DNA of 64,000 bases from Antedon mediterranea (Eukaryota; Animalia; Echinodermata), in the NCBI RefSeq assembly GCF_964355755.1, contig NC_092680.1:5146001-5210000 (forward strand), read 5' to 3'. Position 1 is the first letter of the stretch. Each line of letters starts with the position of its first letter. Under the pieces are notes generated by a model. It did not search any database, was not told where the DNA came from, and worked only from the letters and a program-made list of their open reading frames with translations. A program made the translations under genes and the position numbers. Below, in pieces: positions 12,570 through 26,300 of the stretch.

Positions 12570-12897
12570 TTGCCCTTCGAAACCCTATGTTAATCAAATC
12601 TTATATATTCCTAAACCTCTCACTAGTATTAGATATTTCTCTACCAACCGTACTGTTTAACAAACTACTGCTTTATCATAGTAATGACACAATAAATCCT
12701 CGCGTGTATTTTTGAGTGAAAATTCGTAGAAAATTATATAACACAGACTTTTGCCTATTGAAACTCTATGTTAATCAAATTTGATATATTTTTAACCATC
12801 TCACTATAGTACAGATATTTCCACTTCAAATATGTTTAACAAACTGCGTTATCATAATATGACACAATAAATCCTTGCGTGTATTTTTCGAGTGAAT
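12570..12897. repeat. Diverged tandem duplication, ~180-bp unit x2
   Basis: CTATGTTAATCAAAT...TGTTTAACAAACT...ATGACACAATAAATCCTYGCGTGTATTTTT occurs twice. Confidence 0.75.
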
Positions 12898-14190
12898 TGG
12901 GAGGATAAAATTGACCTCTGATCTTCCAAAGGTTTTACACATTTTTATGACCCGTGTTAGCACCAAAATGAATCCACAGGCAGACAGACAAATCTAGTAA
13001 ACTCATTCCTTATAGTAATTATCTTACGATACACGAATATTGCACGCGTGTCACACGAAAGATATTTAACAGTACGTAAATACCATTTTGCAACTGTGTT
13101 ACGCATATATGACACGAACCAACTAAGATTTTGATATAGCGCCCTCATTAGAAGTTAATTAACAAAGAACTCATTGAATGCCCTTGAAAACACAACGAGG
13201 GAATCCTATTTGACGTCACTTCAAGCAATACTCAATCGAGGTGAATAAAATACTGAATTATTAAATTAATGTGCTCGGCAGATAGTCCCGTGGTTAGGTG
13301 AGCCATGCACGCTAGTTTTCTTATTCTTAACTCTGCAGCATCAAAGTGGGTAACGCAAAATTATATTCTGCACATAATACCGACGGACAACGCACGGATT
13401 TCAGTAGTGAAAAAAAACAAAGCCTAATTTATTTATCTGGGATTTGCTTTTAGTATCTTTTGTCTCGGCTGAAGAAGATGTACATACGCTTGACGGAATA
13501 AGCAAGATTACGATGGCAGGTTGCCGACTCACCATAATAACAAGATGCTGAGTGTCTTGCTGCTGGTACAACGTATAGCTAGCGTGAATGTTTCGACTGT
13601 TAAATCTCTGTAATAGTACTATTCATATTGTGCAATGCACCGGAGATATTTGTCTTTCTATTTAATTCACGACTGATAAAGAATCTATTTCACAGCCAAC
13701 TTTAAAGCATTTTTATTCCTGCTTAAGATAATCGTCAAAATTATAATAGATTATTCTGTGTAAACGATTTCTCCATGTTTGTGGACGTGCGTCAACAAGC
13801 AAGTCCTTTTTGACAGAGTTAAGCGATTGTGTGGTTACGTAACACACGTCAAAATAATTGTGATTCAAATAGACTGTTGTTGAAAAAAACAATGCTACAT
13901 CCTCGCGCATACAAGGACATAGTTGCATACAAAACGACTGAGAAATTATAGTGAATCGGCGTCAGGTGTGGATAGGAATGTTAGCGTTGGACAAAACAAA
14001 ATCTACTTGAATATTTGGGAAAATATATTCTGCGGCTTGTCATACCTGCTATAATTGTATGTGTAACAATTCTCGGTAATGACTTCGCAGGGAAACTATT
14101 AATTCATTTGAATATTTACATTTCTTCTGCATTTGGCCTAAGCCAGCGTATTTCTTAATTGGAGTATATTACGTGTGTGGCGGAGGCAGC

Positions 14191-14387
14191 ATGGAGAGAG
14201 TTCTACACTCTGTGTGTTTCTGTTGGATTTTTAGCCTTCTCTATATGGTCACGCCTCTGTTAGCGTGTCCGGAAAATTGTGAATGTCCATTGACGGAATT
14301 AAGGATTGAATGTGACGATATAAATACACTTTCCTCTCTCCCGACATTCGACGATGATCCCGATGTTTATTCATACATTGAACAACT
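14191..14387 (+). CDS. NTRK: Trk coding exon 1: signal peptide + LRRNT cysteine cluster
   Basis: MERVLHSVCFCWIFSLLYMVTPLLA-CPENCECPLTELRIEC...YIEQL; start context GGCAGCATGG; donor CT|gtaagt (phase 2). Confidence 0.88.
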
Positions 14388-17300
14388 GTAAGTAGCCACT
14401 TCATTTTATTTAACAATATAACTAATATTTTCTTTTATTTCTTTATTTGAAAAGCCTGTTTACGAATAACAACATGTCTGCCACACCTGTGTGTGAAAAT
14501 ATCATGTGATCAGTCTTTCTGCTGAGCGCCTCGTATACACGCAAGCGCAGACGCCATAATACTGCGTATAGGCCACAAGTTAACCACAGCGGATTGCACC
14601 CGGTCGTAATGAAAATGTATTTCCCCGTACGAAAAAATTATATAAACGAAATACAAAGCCTGCATGGCTATCACAAGTCATGATTTCTTTTAACGAATCG
14701 GTGCAACAAGGGCGGCTAATTACATAATGGCAAGGTTATCTTCCTACTGAACGTCCTTGGTCCAAGTGGTGTTCATTTATTGTGCTGCTGTGTGCTTGAA
14801 CATTTGTTTGTATTCGAAACATTATTTTAATCTGTAGTGTATGATTGTAATTTTACTTTGTAAACACCTTATCACTGTTTAAATCTGCTAAGATTTAAAC
14901 CAATTGGCCTAGTCGGTGTGGATTGCTAACTCCAATCTTTTACCGACGGGTCATAGCCCAAATCATAATTATTACACTATTTTGTAATGGAAATTGAAAA
15001 AAAATAAAATTGTGTTTATATAAAAGAAGGATCCTGCATAGTGACTGAGAACCTTATGTTATACAGTTGTTGTAGGCATACGTCATCGTAATCTACAGTA
15101 TTGATTGGTTCATTAATGTGTGCATTTGAAATTTTACCTTTTACCAGTGGTGTCATCCACGTGTCTTCCAAAGGGATTCCTAATAAATGGGTCTATGGTC
15201 TTTTATAATGGCATTATACAAGGCCTTTCTGTCAAAATGTAATCTTTGATGACGTCATAATTTAAATGGTGGATCACCCTGTGACACGAACACGAATTGG
15301 CAATACGCGCGCGTATGTTCATTTACATACAGTAAACGTCCTCATTTACAAAAAATCTGCCCTCCTCATTTACATAAAACTTCATTTACAAATCGTTTCC
15401 ATTACATTCAATTTAAAGTTGATACAAACTCATTTGCCTGAAACAACCTTTGTGACAAACGCATCTTCTTAATATTTCTGATGGGTTTCACATCAAGGCA
15501 ATTATTGTCTTGCTCACACAATTCATTAAAATAGTGACTACATAAATATAGTCGCACCCATTTGGCCGTCCCTTGTAAACTTCGAAGGCATAATTACAAA
15601 CCAATATGTAACCGCCTTCTTTTTCGTTAACACCTTCCTAATTTGCATAAAATACAAACGTCAGCGATTTTTTTTTAGAAACGTATAACTTTAGTTTCGA
15701 ATGTGTATGATAAATCACACATGTTACTGTACATAATTTTAAACGTGTATAACACTCATTGACAAGGCACGGTAAAGAGTATCCCGTTTGCATATTGCAT
15801 CCCGTTTACAAAAGAAAAAAAATCGCACATAATTGGAAATCAGTATGTAAGAATGCTAATGCTTTTAATTTATTCATAATTTGATTTATCATCACGTGAT
15901 TTATCATTCTTTTAAATGTCTGCAGGTAAAGAATTGTACGGTCATTTAAGCAGGAAGTATTCGCCTAGACCTACTTAATATGAGCGCGTATTGCATGTGA
16001 CACCGTTCGGTATATCGTGTCACGTAAATTGAATCGCATTTTGCATCGCAAAAAATGTTCGCAATCAAATAATTTTCTCAGAGCAGCGTGCATACGATTG
16101 AGTATTTATGTAATCGAGAAAATATTAATCCGAGCTTATATCACAGTATAGATAAGAAGATATAACTTGCATAGTAACGCATATCCACGCCCATAGTGTT
16201 CTATGCTAATATGTATCGCATTTCATGAGTGAAACATCTTAAGACAAAAAACAAATGATTCGGAATTATTTGAGCGCTGTAATATTAAAAAAACACGTTC
16301 AGATATAATTTTAATTTTATTCGAATATTCATAAATAAATGATATTATTAATGATGACGTGATGGTTATCATTGGGGTCCCCTGTTCCACATAATTGATG
16401 GTTTTAATGTGACGTACGGTATAACATGACGCAGCATTTATTGTTCTTCACACACTGATTAAAGTGTAATACAGTATAAAATAAACCATGTAGATGCGGG
16501 TAGGCAGGTACTGTAGCTCGCTCAGCTGGTTTAGTATCAGTCTTGAAAATAAAGTGGTCGTAAAACAGAATAGGCCTAGACCATTAACCTACATAAAGAG
16601 GAAATCATTGTCGACACTCATGCAAGCATGCGTCGATAACAGCAATATTTTTCCTCCGCGTGTGACACACGTAATATTCGTGGGGTATCGAGGATCAGCT
16701 AAATCATTAAGTATGAAATAATATTAATTTATTTAATAAGTAGTGTAATAATGATGTACTGAATTTTTAGTACAACGAAAACTAAACATACAGCATAAAA
16801 GAAGGGGCTTTGTAACGAATTACAGTACAGTAATAATAGGATAGATCTACAGTAGTTTTGTATATAGGCATACAGTAGTACTACTGTATAATCTATAGGC
16901 CTGGTTTTACCGTTACCATATATGTTGTTTGTAGACTGGTAACAAAGGTTGCATGTAATAAGGATACTGAATGTTAGAAGTATTGTATAATAATTACCGA
17001 TTATGATTGTTACAGCGACCCATATAATAAAAAATACAGTACGTAGAAAAATAAGTGCCAGAAAACCACTTTGCCCCTTTGGCGTCCCATACTGTTTTTG
17101 TAACATTTCCCAAAATATAGTAATTACCTAATTACTTATATTAAAGCTGTTTAGATTTGTTATGAAGGCCAAGGACACTCGTGATGTGGGTCACGTAAGA
17201 CAAAGGAGCTTCGATTTATAAAATAAATTATTCTAAATAAAAATGTAGGCCTACTGTCCTACCAAGCTAAATATTAATAAAAGAAAGTGTTAGCAGCTAG

Positions 17301-20300
17301 ATTCTGGCCATAATTGAAATAGAACAAAGGGTCAGATATTCATGAATGAACTAGTCAAGTGTCCGTTCTTTGTATAATTAGTGAATTGCAAATAAATTAA
17401 AAATATAATATAAATATTTATTATTGTAAGCACAAACTAAACGACAATTCGCGTGCTTTTCATAATACTAGTGAGAACATGGGTTGGCACAAAGTACAGG
17501 ATCTCAATATAAATACTGATTTTAATCAGATGAAACAAATATCGATTTGTCCACGGGTGTAAGAGAAATTGAATAATGCGAATTCTTTGAGGATCAATGA
17601 CGTCCAGGGTTTTTACGTTTGTCTCAAATTCGCCTCTGGAATAAGTCTTACTTAAGTCCCTGCTGCTCTTTAGTTCGCGTCTGCGCAATACATCGAACAC
17701 TTATCAGTGTGGTCTTTTATTATTTCGCGTATTAAGCTTTGTTTCCATTAGGACGCAGCGCAAGGACGTAGACACAACGTAAGTGAGTTGACCAATCACA
17801 AACGATGAATTATTCGAACAGTCGCTTGTCATTAGTGTCAACACGCTTGCGTTGCGTTTACGTTCTTGCGTTGCGCGTCCTAGTGGGAACCGTCTCAGTA
17901 TCAAACTAGTTAGAAAAAAAGTGTGTGCACAAATATGGTAGTTGTATGCTTAAATATGGTAATGGAATGCGGTGGCGATATAACATCGTCATGTCCATTA
18001 TTATGGACACATTATATTTCTGGTCATATAAAGTTTGATAGTGTAGACAGAGCTTTAGCTTGAGTGGAAAATAATGTTCATCGAATATGACAATTCTTGA
18101 CCGTCTGATTGGGTGTTTCATCACAAATAGTTTGAACGTAACGAGTAACTGGGGACGGGGGGTGGGGGTGAGATTACAGTATAAGTTTGGGGCAGTTTTA
18201 CACTGTTGTTTTTAAACAACGCGCAGTAAAATGCGTTACGCTTGTTCATGCACACATACAGTACACAGGATACGAAATGGGTAAAAATAGCATATCATCA
18301 ACCTAAATGTACTGTGAATATTTAATTCAATTAAACAAATTCATTGTCAGATTATCATCGGCGGTTTCATTCATGTTAATCGAATATATTTGTGAAGAAG
18401 GTCGTTGCCTAGAAAATCCTAGACATTTGATTTACTTTTGTAGTGGAAGATTTTAGGTGAACAGAAAGAATGTAATTAGAAAACTACAAAGTAGGCCGCA
18501 GGTATACAGGTTGGCTGCCATAAAAAATACCGTACTGTATATGAAGTAGAATTCAAATTCAAAAGTGTTTTCTTTTTTTATGTGCTTAGCTCACCAGTCG
18601 GCGTTTCGATTTTTGTCTATAAAAACGAGTATTATAGATATGGAACGCCAAACATGCCAACATGTTTTTGAAATACTGTAGTCGAATCGCCGTCTGGAAA
18701 CAAGACAGTAGGCACGATAATATGTAATTGGTAGTCCTATGATGTTCCTCTTAACTGGTTTGGGTTCTTTTCTCACGAAACAAATAAATAAAATATTTAT
18801 AATTAAAAACACCATTTTAGAACGAAACATGTGTACAATAGACCTACAGAAAAATTTAACATTAACAATCTATGATACAGTACCATCCTCGATTTCAATT
18901 TAAGGTTTTGTTGTGGGCCTACTGTTTGTAGTAGAATAAGTGCACTATCTGTTTACTATATACAGTAGACTTTTGCCTATTCTCACTCTTTGGTTAGCAT
19001 TGGTGATATAGGACTATTAAATTATGATGCTAATAATTTTGATATTACAATCATCACCATCATTAGTATTACGGTAACTACTGTAACACTTGACTTAAAT
19101 ATGATGTCATTTGACAAACTATACACTAGATTGAATTATTAATATTCTGTAACTTGTTAAAATGGTTAATTTCTCAAACAATTGTTTGTAATTCGTTTTA
19201 AGACGATTCGGAAATAATTTAATAAATTAATTAACCCGCATATCAACAATGGTCTAATCTAAACGCGATTAAAGTTCGCGTCGGTTATCGCGTTACATCA
19301 AACATGTTTCACCATAAACGCGTTTAATTAAGCAAAACACAAATCTTTTTAATTGAACATGTTCGGTTGTTAACAAGTTGTATACGTCACAATGTATACA
19401 TCCTAACATATACACGGTAATAATGTATACTGGTGATAATAACTCTGTCCACTTCCAGAATTTAATTTAACAACATTAATCAACAACGGGATGTGATGTC
19501 AACCTCTCCTAAAAGCGCAAACGCTTTAGGCTAGACCATTGAGGTATGGCTAGACGATAACAATGACTTGTTTCAAACCCTTCCCTACTCCGACTTTCTA
19601 GATTTATGATCTGGGCTAGCTCTAAGTGTTATTAATCTTGCCACAATTGCTTACAGCGGACGTTTTGATTTTAGTTATGACACGCCATGTCTGCCAAAAA
19701 GGCACATTAAGGTGAATCAATCTAGAAGCTATAGACTATGACTTCTGTGTTTTAAGTACAGTATTATTACAGTATGTTCACAGTCCATAGTTCATTTTCA
19801 CAACTGTAACAACTAAGATAAGGAGATAAGGTGTATGTATTTAAAAACCAATCGTAATATCGATATGTCGGTCAATCGTTACTTCATGGTCAATTTGAAC
19901 GTAAGTCTATATAAGCTAAGGTGATTGCAACGGTAGTAGTAGTACATTGTACCACAGAAAAAAATCTTGATTCTAGTCCCACGAATATTTGTTTGTCTTA
20001 TTAACACGTCGCCGTGTGAATGTGGCTTTATATACTGTAGTTACGTTACAATCGGATAATTCTGAGTACTGTATTAGGAACAAGGGAAGCTTACAGTTAA
20101 GGAAGTTTTCAATTATTAGTATTAAACACACATACATTAGTAACTAACTTAGTTATCGTTTCCCACTGTCCATTTGTGTGCCTCCTCACACACTCCCTAC
20201 AGTACACGCATGTCATGTACCACCCTCTTGGTATACTTTCCATCATGTAACAATACATCAGGCCTACTAAATTATTCAATGGAATAAGGTAAGCCATTCA

Positions 20301-23300
20301 TCTAACAGGAGCCATAATAAAAACACATCCACTGTAACAGACTAAACATTATTTTTTCCATTGTCCCTATGATCATGATGAGAATGTGTTATGTTAATAT
20401 TAATGGCCAACAAATTTACACATTCGTAAAACAAATCGAAAGTTCGTTATGTATTCTTTGTGAATTCTATAGAATATTTGGAATTTTATTTTAAATTGAT
20501 TGAGAATTCTCTTCGTTTTGTACAATAGGCCACGTACTTGTTGGCGGTTTTAGTCTAATAATTGTAATTTATCATTTTTATTTTGTGCAATAAAATGCAA
20601 ATATCTACTGTAGAGACCTACACTACAGTTAGACTTGCCCCAAGTCTGTAGTTATTGTCCATTTTATGTTAGTCCATCGTTTTAGTTTTCGTGGGAAAAG
20701 TGTTGTACGTATGAAACGCCATGTGTGCCAAAATATTTATTAACTAATATTAAGTTCAACAGTCTGGAACCTAGACTGGTTTAAAGAATATTAACATGAT
20801 AATTTTATTTCTCATAGTTGGTTTTTAGTACGAAATCTTAATTTCAAGATGTGTTCTTCCTCCTATTTGTTGATATTTTGATTGATTCAAAGTGTACTGT
20901 TCTGTGGTGACAATTTGGATAGCGCTGAAGGTGCCAGTTTCCATTTCTTTATGTTTATAAAATAAACCGCGCCTATAAAAACAACCCGGATGAGGAGTGA
21001 CTTTAATGGTCGCATCATCCGCCTGTATATTGATATGTGAACACAACAAATCTTCTTTACGATTCTCCTAATACTAGTCACGTGTAGTATTATACTTCAG
21101 ACCAACGTCATTATGTACACTATAATATATAATCTAATATGTGCGACTCAATTTGCGGTATATTTAACCTATATATTGAGTCAGATTTTTATTAAACGTA
21201 TACGATAAAGATATCTTTGAAACTAATCTTAATCGAAGGATAATCCTCCGGATTTATTTAAGCCTAGAATAAATTTTCGAAGAACACTATTTAGCTTATA
21301 AAAGCTTTAATGCAATAGTTAATGTTTAAAAAATATATGATACAGTATTTTATTTGTTGTGAACACAGCAAAGAGGTTTTTAATGAATACCACCTTATGT
21401 CACCCTATGTAGGCCTACAGTAGGACTTGTACAGTAGTTATAGATGTACATAAAATATTAATTCAATAACAATGTATAGTTGCAGTAACAAGCCGTATTT
21501 GTTCCTCCTATAAAAAATAAATAAACATATTGGTGCTAGACAACTGTCTTTTTTATGTTTAGTCCACCAGTCGGCGTTTTGATTTCTGCTTGGTGGAAAG
21601 CTCAAGTATAGATTATACATATGAAACGCCATATGTGCCAAAATATTTGTCTTTTTTTAACGAATACCGTAGAAATGTACAGTATATAACATGAACTATG
21701 CCTTTGTTATGTGGAGGAATGGATGAATATGGAAGATACCGTGATTCAATATGACAGAACAATGGTGATTATTTAAAGCTCTATATCTCAAACTAGTTTG
21801 ACAAATAAAGTGTGCCCAAATATGGTAGTGATATGACGTCATCGTGTCCATATATGGGCACATCACATTGAAGTTTGATAGTGTAGTTTTAAGATATTGA
21901 TTATGAATGTTGTGTAATGTAATGTGAAAGAGATGTTATAGATATTAATATGTTGCTATGTTACTGAAAACAATGATGATATATTGAAATTATGTTGATA
22001 CTAATGTTGTGAGGTTATTGGATATGATTTATTTATAATATAAGTTGCTGACACTCCGTTATTTACCTTTCACACTGTTGAATAAAAAAATTTAATTTGA
22101 GATGATTTGGTTATGAATGTTTCCATGTGACATGACGTAAAATGATATATGAAAATAATTGTTATGAACGTTGTTATGATGACACAACAAGGTTTAATGA
22201 TACTGTAGATAATATGATGGAATTATAAGATAGGCAATTGCCATGTGAAGCGACATGATTTACGACATGAGATAAGACGAATGTTGGAATGTAATGAGAT
22301 ATAATATTGATAGAAAGATGTGATTTAATAATTTTAAAAACAACTTTGTATATCGTTTGATGTCACGTCGATCAAGCTAAAGTTCAACGAATGTAGTCAC
22401 ACTTTCCACCCAATACACGAGTTACTTAATTAACGAGTTAGTTAATATCTAGCGACAATACTCTGACACCCTGTATCGCTTCTTCTGACACAATGAGAGG
22501 GGTAAGTTCATAATTAGTACTTAGTGATATTGGTGTTTCAGTCAACAGGCACGATACCGCAGTGTGTTGTCACTAGGTAGAGTACAATACGAGAATCGTC
22601 TGTTATTGGTAACAACAATCATATTATTTAACGTTTGTATTATTAATTGATGTTTATCACGTATAATTTCCGAAACTGGACGTTGAGTTGTTATGTTTTA
22701 ACATTGACATAATCATTGTCTAATTTGAATGCTAAATTGTCACATTCACCTATGGAACGCCAAAGGGCATGATTACAGCATGAACCTTGAATTAGTATTA
22801 TATAATAATATAAATAATTATAGGTCTATGATTATAGTCATTCCCTTTTTAATCAACTAGAAAATGTTGAAATTGGACATTGTATTTTAAATTTCGAACG
22901 GGGGCCGTTTCCTCCCACCCATTGTATCCGCCTATTTATTATACGGTGTATTATACATGGTGATTGTTTCGTTAACTAAAAGAGATTTCGTTTTATTCTG
23001 AACCCTAATTAATCGATAATTAATGTAATCGATCAGCACTTTTCTACGCCTGCAGCATTTGTTCACCTTCACGGACTGTGTGTTGAAATGTTAGCCTTGG
23101 TCAGATAATTACCGGCCAGTCAATTTGAATATATATTCAAGGGTAGAGTGAAAAAGTTCGTCGTGTCGTGTTGATTAGTTCGTAGTATTGAGTAATAAGC
23201 TTGAGAGGAAATTACTCCTAACTCGAGGGTCAAAATTCGAATGTTTCAAGTTACATTGAAAACAAAATACCAATCTATCACCGTTAGTTTTGCCTGGCGG

Positions 23301-26300
23301 TATTTATCAAATTGATACTGGCACATTAAAGCTGGTTTCTGATAGAAATATCATACTGTAGGCCTAGACCATCCATTTATGCGTTGTTATTGGACGTGAG
23401 TGTTGTATATATACTGTTATGTAGTACCTGTTAAAATTCGGAAAATGTAATTCTCGGAAACAGACTGTGTACGTATTACAAAAACGGATGGAAAGAGAAA
23501 TGTGTATCGGCACCATTTGATAGGTATTGTAGGCCTATATAAAATTACTGGTCTACAGCAAATGAAGGTCCTGTAGGCCTATAAACATACAGTAAGATAG
23601 CACAAGTAGTCGATTAAAAACAATCCCGGTTCTTGTTTTTGGTAGGCCTTATGTGGTATGTGTTATATTTCAGGGTAGTACTGTAAGGATCATTTCATTT
23701 CAATTTTGTTTTCCTTTTCCTTAATTATTTATTTTTCACTTAAAAAGTATACTGGTAGATTTAATGATCGATTGACTAGAGAGAGAGAAACGTTTTCCTA
23801 CATCAGTAACTACACGGCCCAGCCCAGCCTTTAGGGCAAACGACGTATTGATTTGTGTGTGCCTTTTTGTATAATTATAGTGTACAGGAATTTTATATCT
23901 GACACGTAACAATTCCATTCATAATATACCGTACTGTACAGTATTCTAGATGGTTTAATATTAGTAAAAAGATAACATATTGGCACATACGGCGTGTCAT
24001 ATATAATATACTTGATCTAAAACTGTTTAGTGTCTCAGAACGGAAGTAATAAAAATACGATAATAAAGAAACGATATGGCACCTTTTGCTCTCCATACAT
24101 TTCTTTTGTGTTAATTTCGTATGATTTCACAACCATGCGTTCTCGGTAAGATTACCATGCATTTGCGACGTTTTTAATTTGTACCTTTCCAATTTACAAA
24201 ATGTATGCAACTCAGCAAATATAACTCGTTCATTCAAGGTTTCTTTTTTAATGAAACATGTCCCTCGCAAGGTCGCTAACCCATGGTCATTGTCCTGCTC
24301 TCCTTCTTGTGACTCATAGGCAGTGGAACGAAACGCATCCATTGAGCCACATCTTGATAAACCGACGGATTATGGGACGTAGTAATAAATGACATGGTTT
24401 TAATAATTGATAATACAACTACAAATATACATTATTTGTACGCACAATAATAATAATAATAATAATATTTATATGAAAATAATAAGGACGGTGTACATTT
24501 TTTTTTTAGTATTGGAGAGCCACTTTGATAGTGCTTGCACTGTTGGCAATCCTCAGGGTACTCCATCCCTTGTTTGTAATGTGTTGGTTTCTTATTGTAG
24601 GTATACCTGGAAATTGAATAAATAAATAAAAAATAAATACATTTTAATCTAATTTACGTTTATGACAATCGTCTGTAAATCAAATAGGCATATTTTAAAG
24701 AAAATAAGTAAAAACTAAAACCAGAAAGCACAGAAAATAGAATTAACTAACTGCGGGCGCTGTATAGAAAAAGTGCGTACAGTATAATACTATATGCACT
24801 TTATTTTTAACATTGTATTATTAAAATATTTAAAAAATGTAAATATTGTTATACAGTACTGACTACTATTATGTGGGCTTTGTTGAAAAAACACGATCAT
24901 TGAACGTCTAGATCTAAGAAGCTATGGGGTTTACTTATTAATTTAAATAAAATAAAGTGTAAAAAAAATAATTTGCATAATGAAGTGTATGTATATAATT
25001 TTATATAAATTATTATTATTTATTTGTATTGATAATCTGCGATAACCCCTGAAATAACAGATAACTGTTATACTGTAGATTCTTGCGTCTAGGCCTAAGA
25101 AGCTATGCTGATAGGCTTACTTATTAATTTAAATAAAATAAAGTTTTTAAAAAATAATTTGCAAAATGAAGTGTATATCTTATGATAATTATGTATTTAT
25201 ATTGATAATCTGCGATAACCCCTGAAATAACAGATAACTGTTATACTGTAGATTCTTGCGTCGAGGCCTAAGAAGCTATGCTGATAGGCTTACTTATTAA
25301 TTTAAATAAAATAAAGTTTTTAAAAAATAATTTGCAAAATGAAGTGTATATCTTATGTGTATTTATATTGATAATCTGCGATAACCCCTGAAATAACAGA
25401 TAACTGTTATACAGTATTGTAGATTCTTGCGTTATTAACTTATTTCTGTTAATAACTGGATTAAATTTCTAATTTTAATTTTAGCATATGGACGTGTTAA
25501 ATATATTAAGTATAAGTTTCGATTTAATTAGAATCACACTGTTTATGCTAGGTTGTGTTTACACGATCGTCGTGTTTAACGGCACTCTTGTTAGTTTCCA
25601 TAGTGCCATTCAACTTTATATCAATTTCTGCTGCCAAGGTATTTAAATTAATTCCATGCGTTAGAATTAGATTAACAAAAAAATTTACTTTGTGATCTGG
25701 TGTTAGGGGTGACCACTGATGGAGTCTATAATTACGCAGTGGTGGTGACGATTAGTTGATTATTAGTGTTGATGATGATTAGTTGACATTGGTGAAGGGA
25801 ATGATTGCAGTATGTTGATGATGGCAACGGTTTTAGTGGTGACGGCAACGGTTTTAGTGGTGATGATATTAGGACCTAACATAATATTAGTACCAGAATG
25901 GTATAGTAGTATGGACATGATTGTTAGTAGTGGTGGTGGTATTGAAATAGGGGTTATGGTGATACGAAATTATAAATTATACAGTGTATTGTACTATAGT
26001 GGTGTTTGTGGTGTATAGTGATGCAAATAATGACGTTATACTATTCCACCATCTCTAGTCAAATAGTTTTTATTACAAATACAGTAGGTTCTATATCTAT
26101 TCTATCCAGCTTCTATATTGGCACTGAATGTACAAGAACAATAGGAATTTTATATTTTGTCGAGATGTTTACTTTAGCGCCGTTTTTTGTTTGTATTTGC
26201 GTATTGGTTTCAGTAAGAGCAACATAATGTTTAATGAGCAGAGACCTATTGTATGCAGATTATAAATAAATGCAAATTATACTTCGTGAATAAATGAAAA

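Noticed and set aside
23062-23082. REST/RE1-like site TTCACCTTCACGGACTG in Trk intron 1
   Set aside because: Too many mismatches to TTCAGCACCNCGGACAG.
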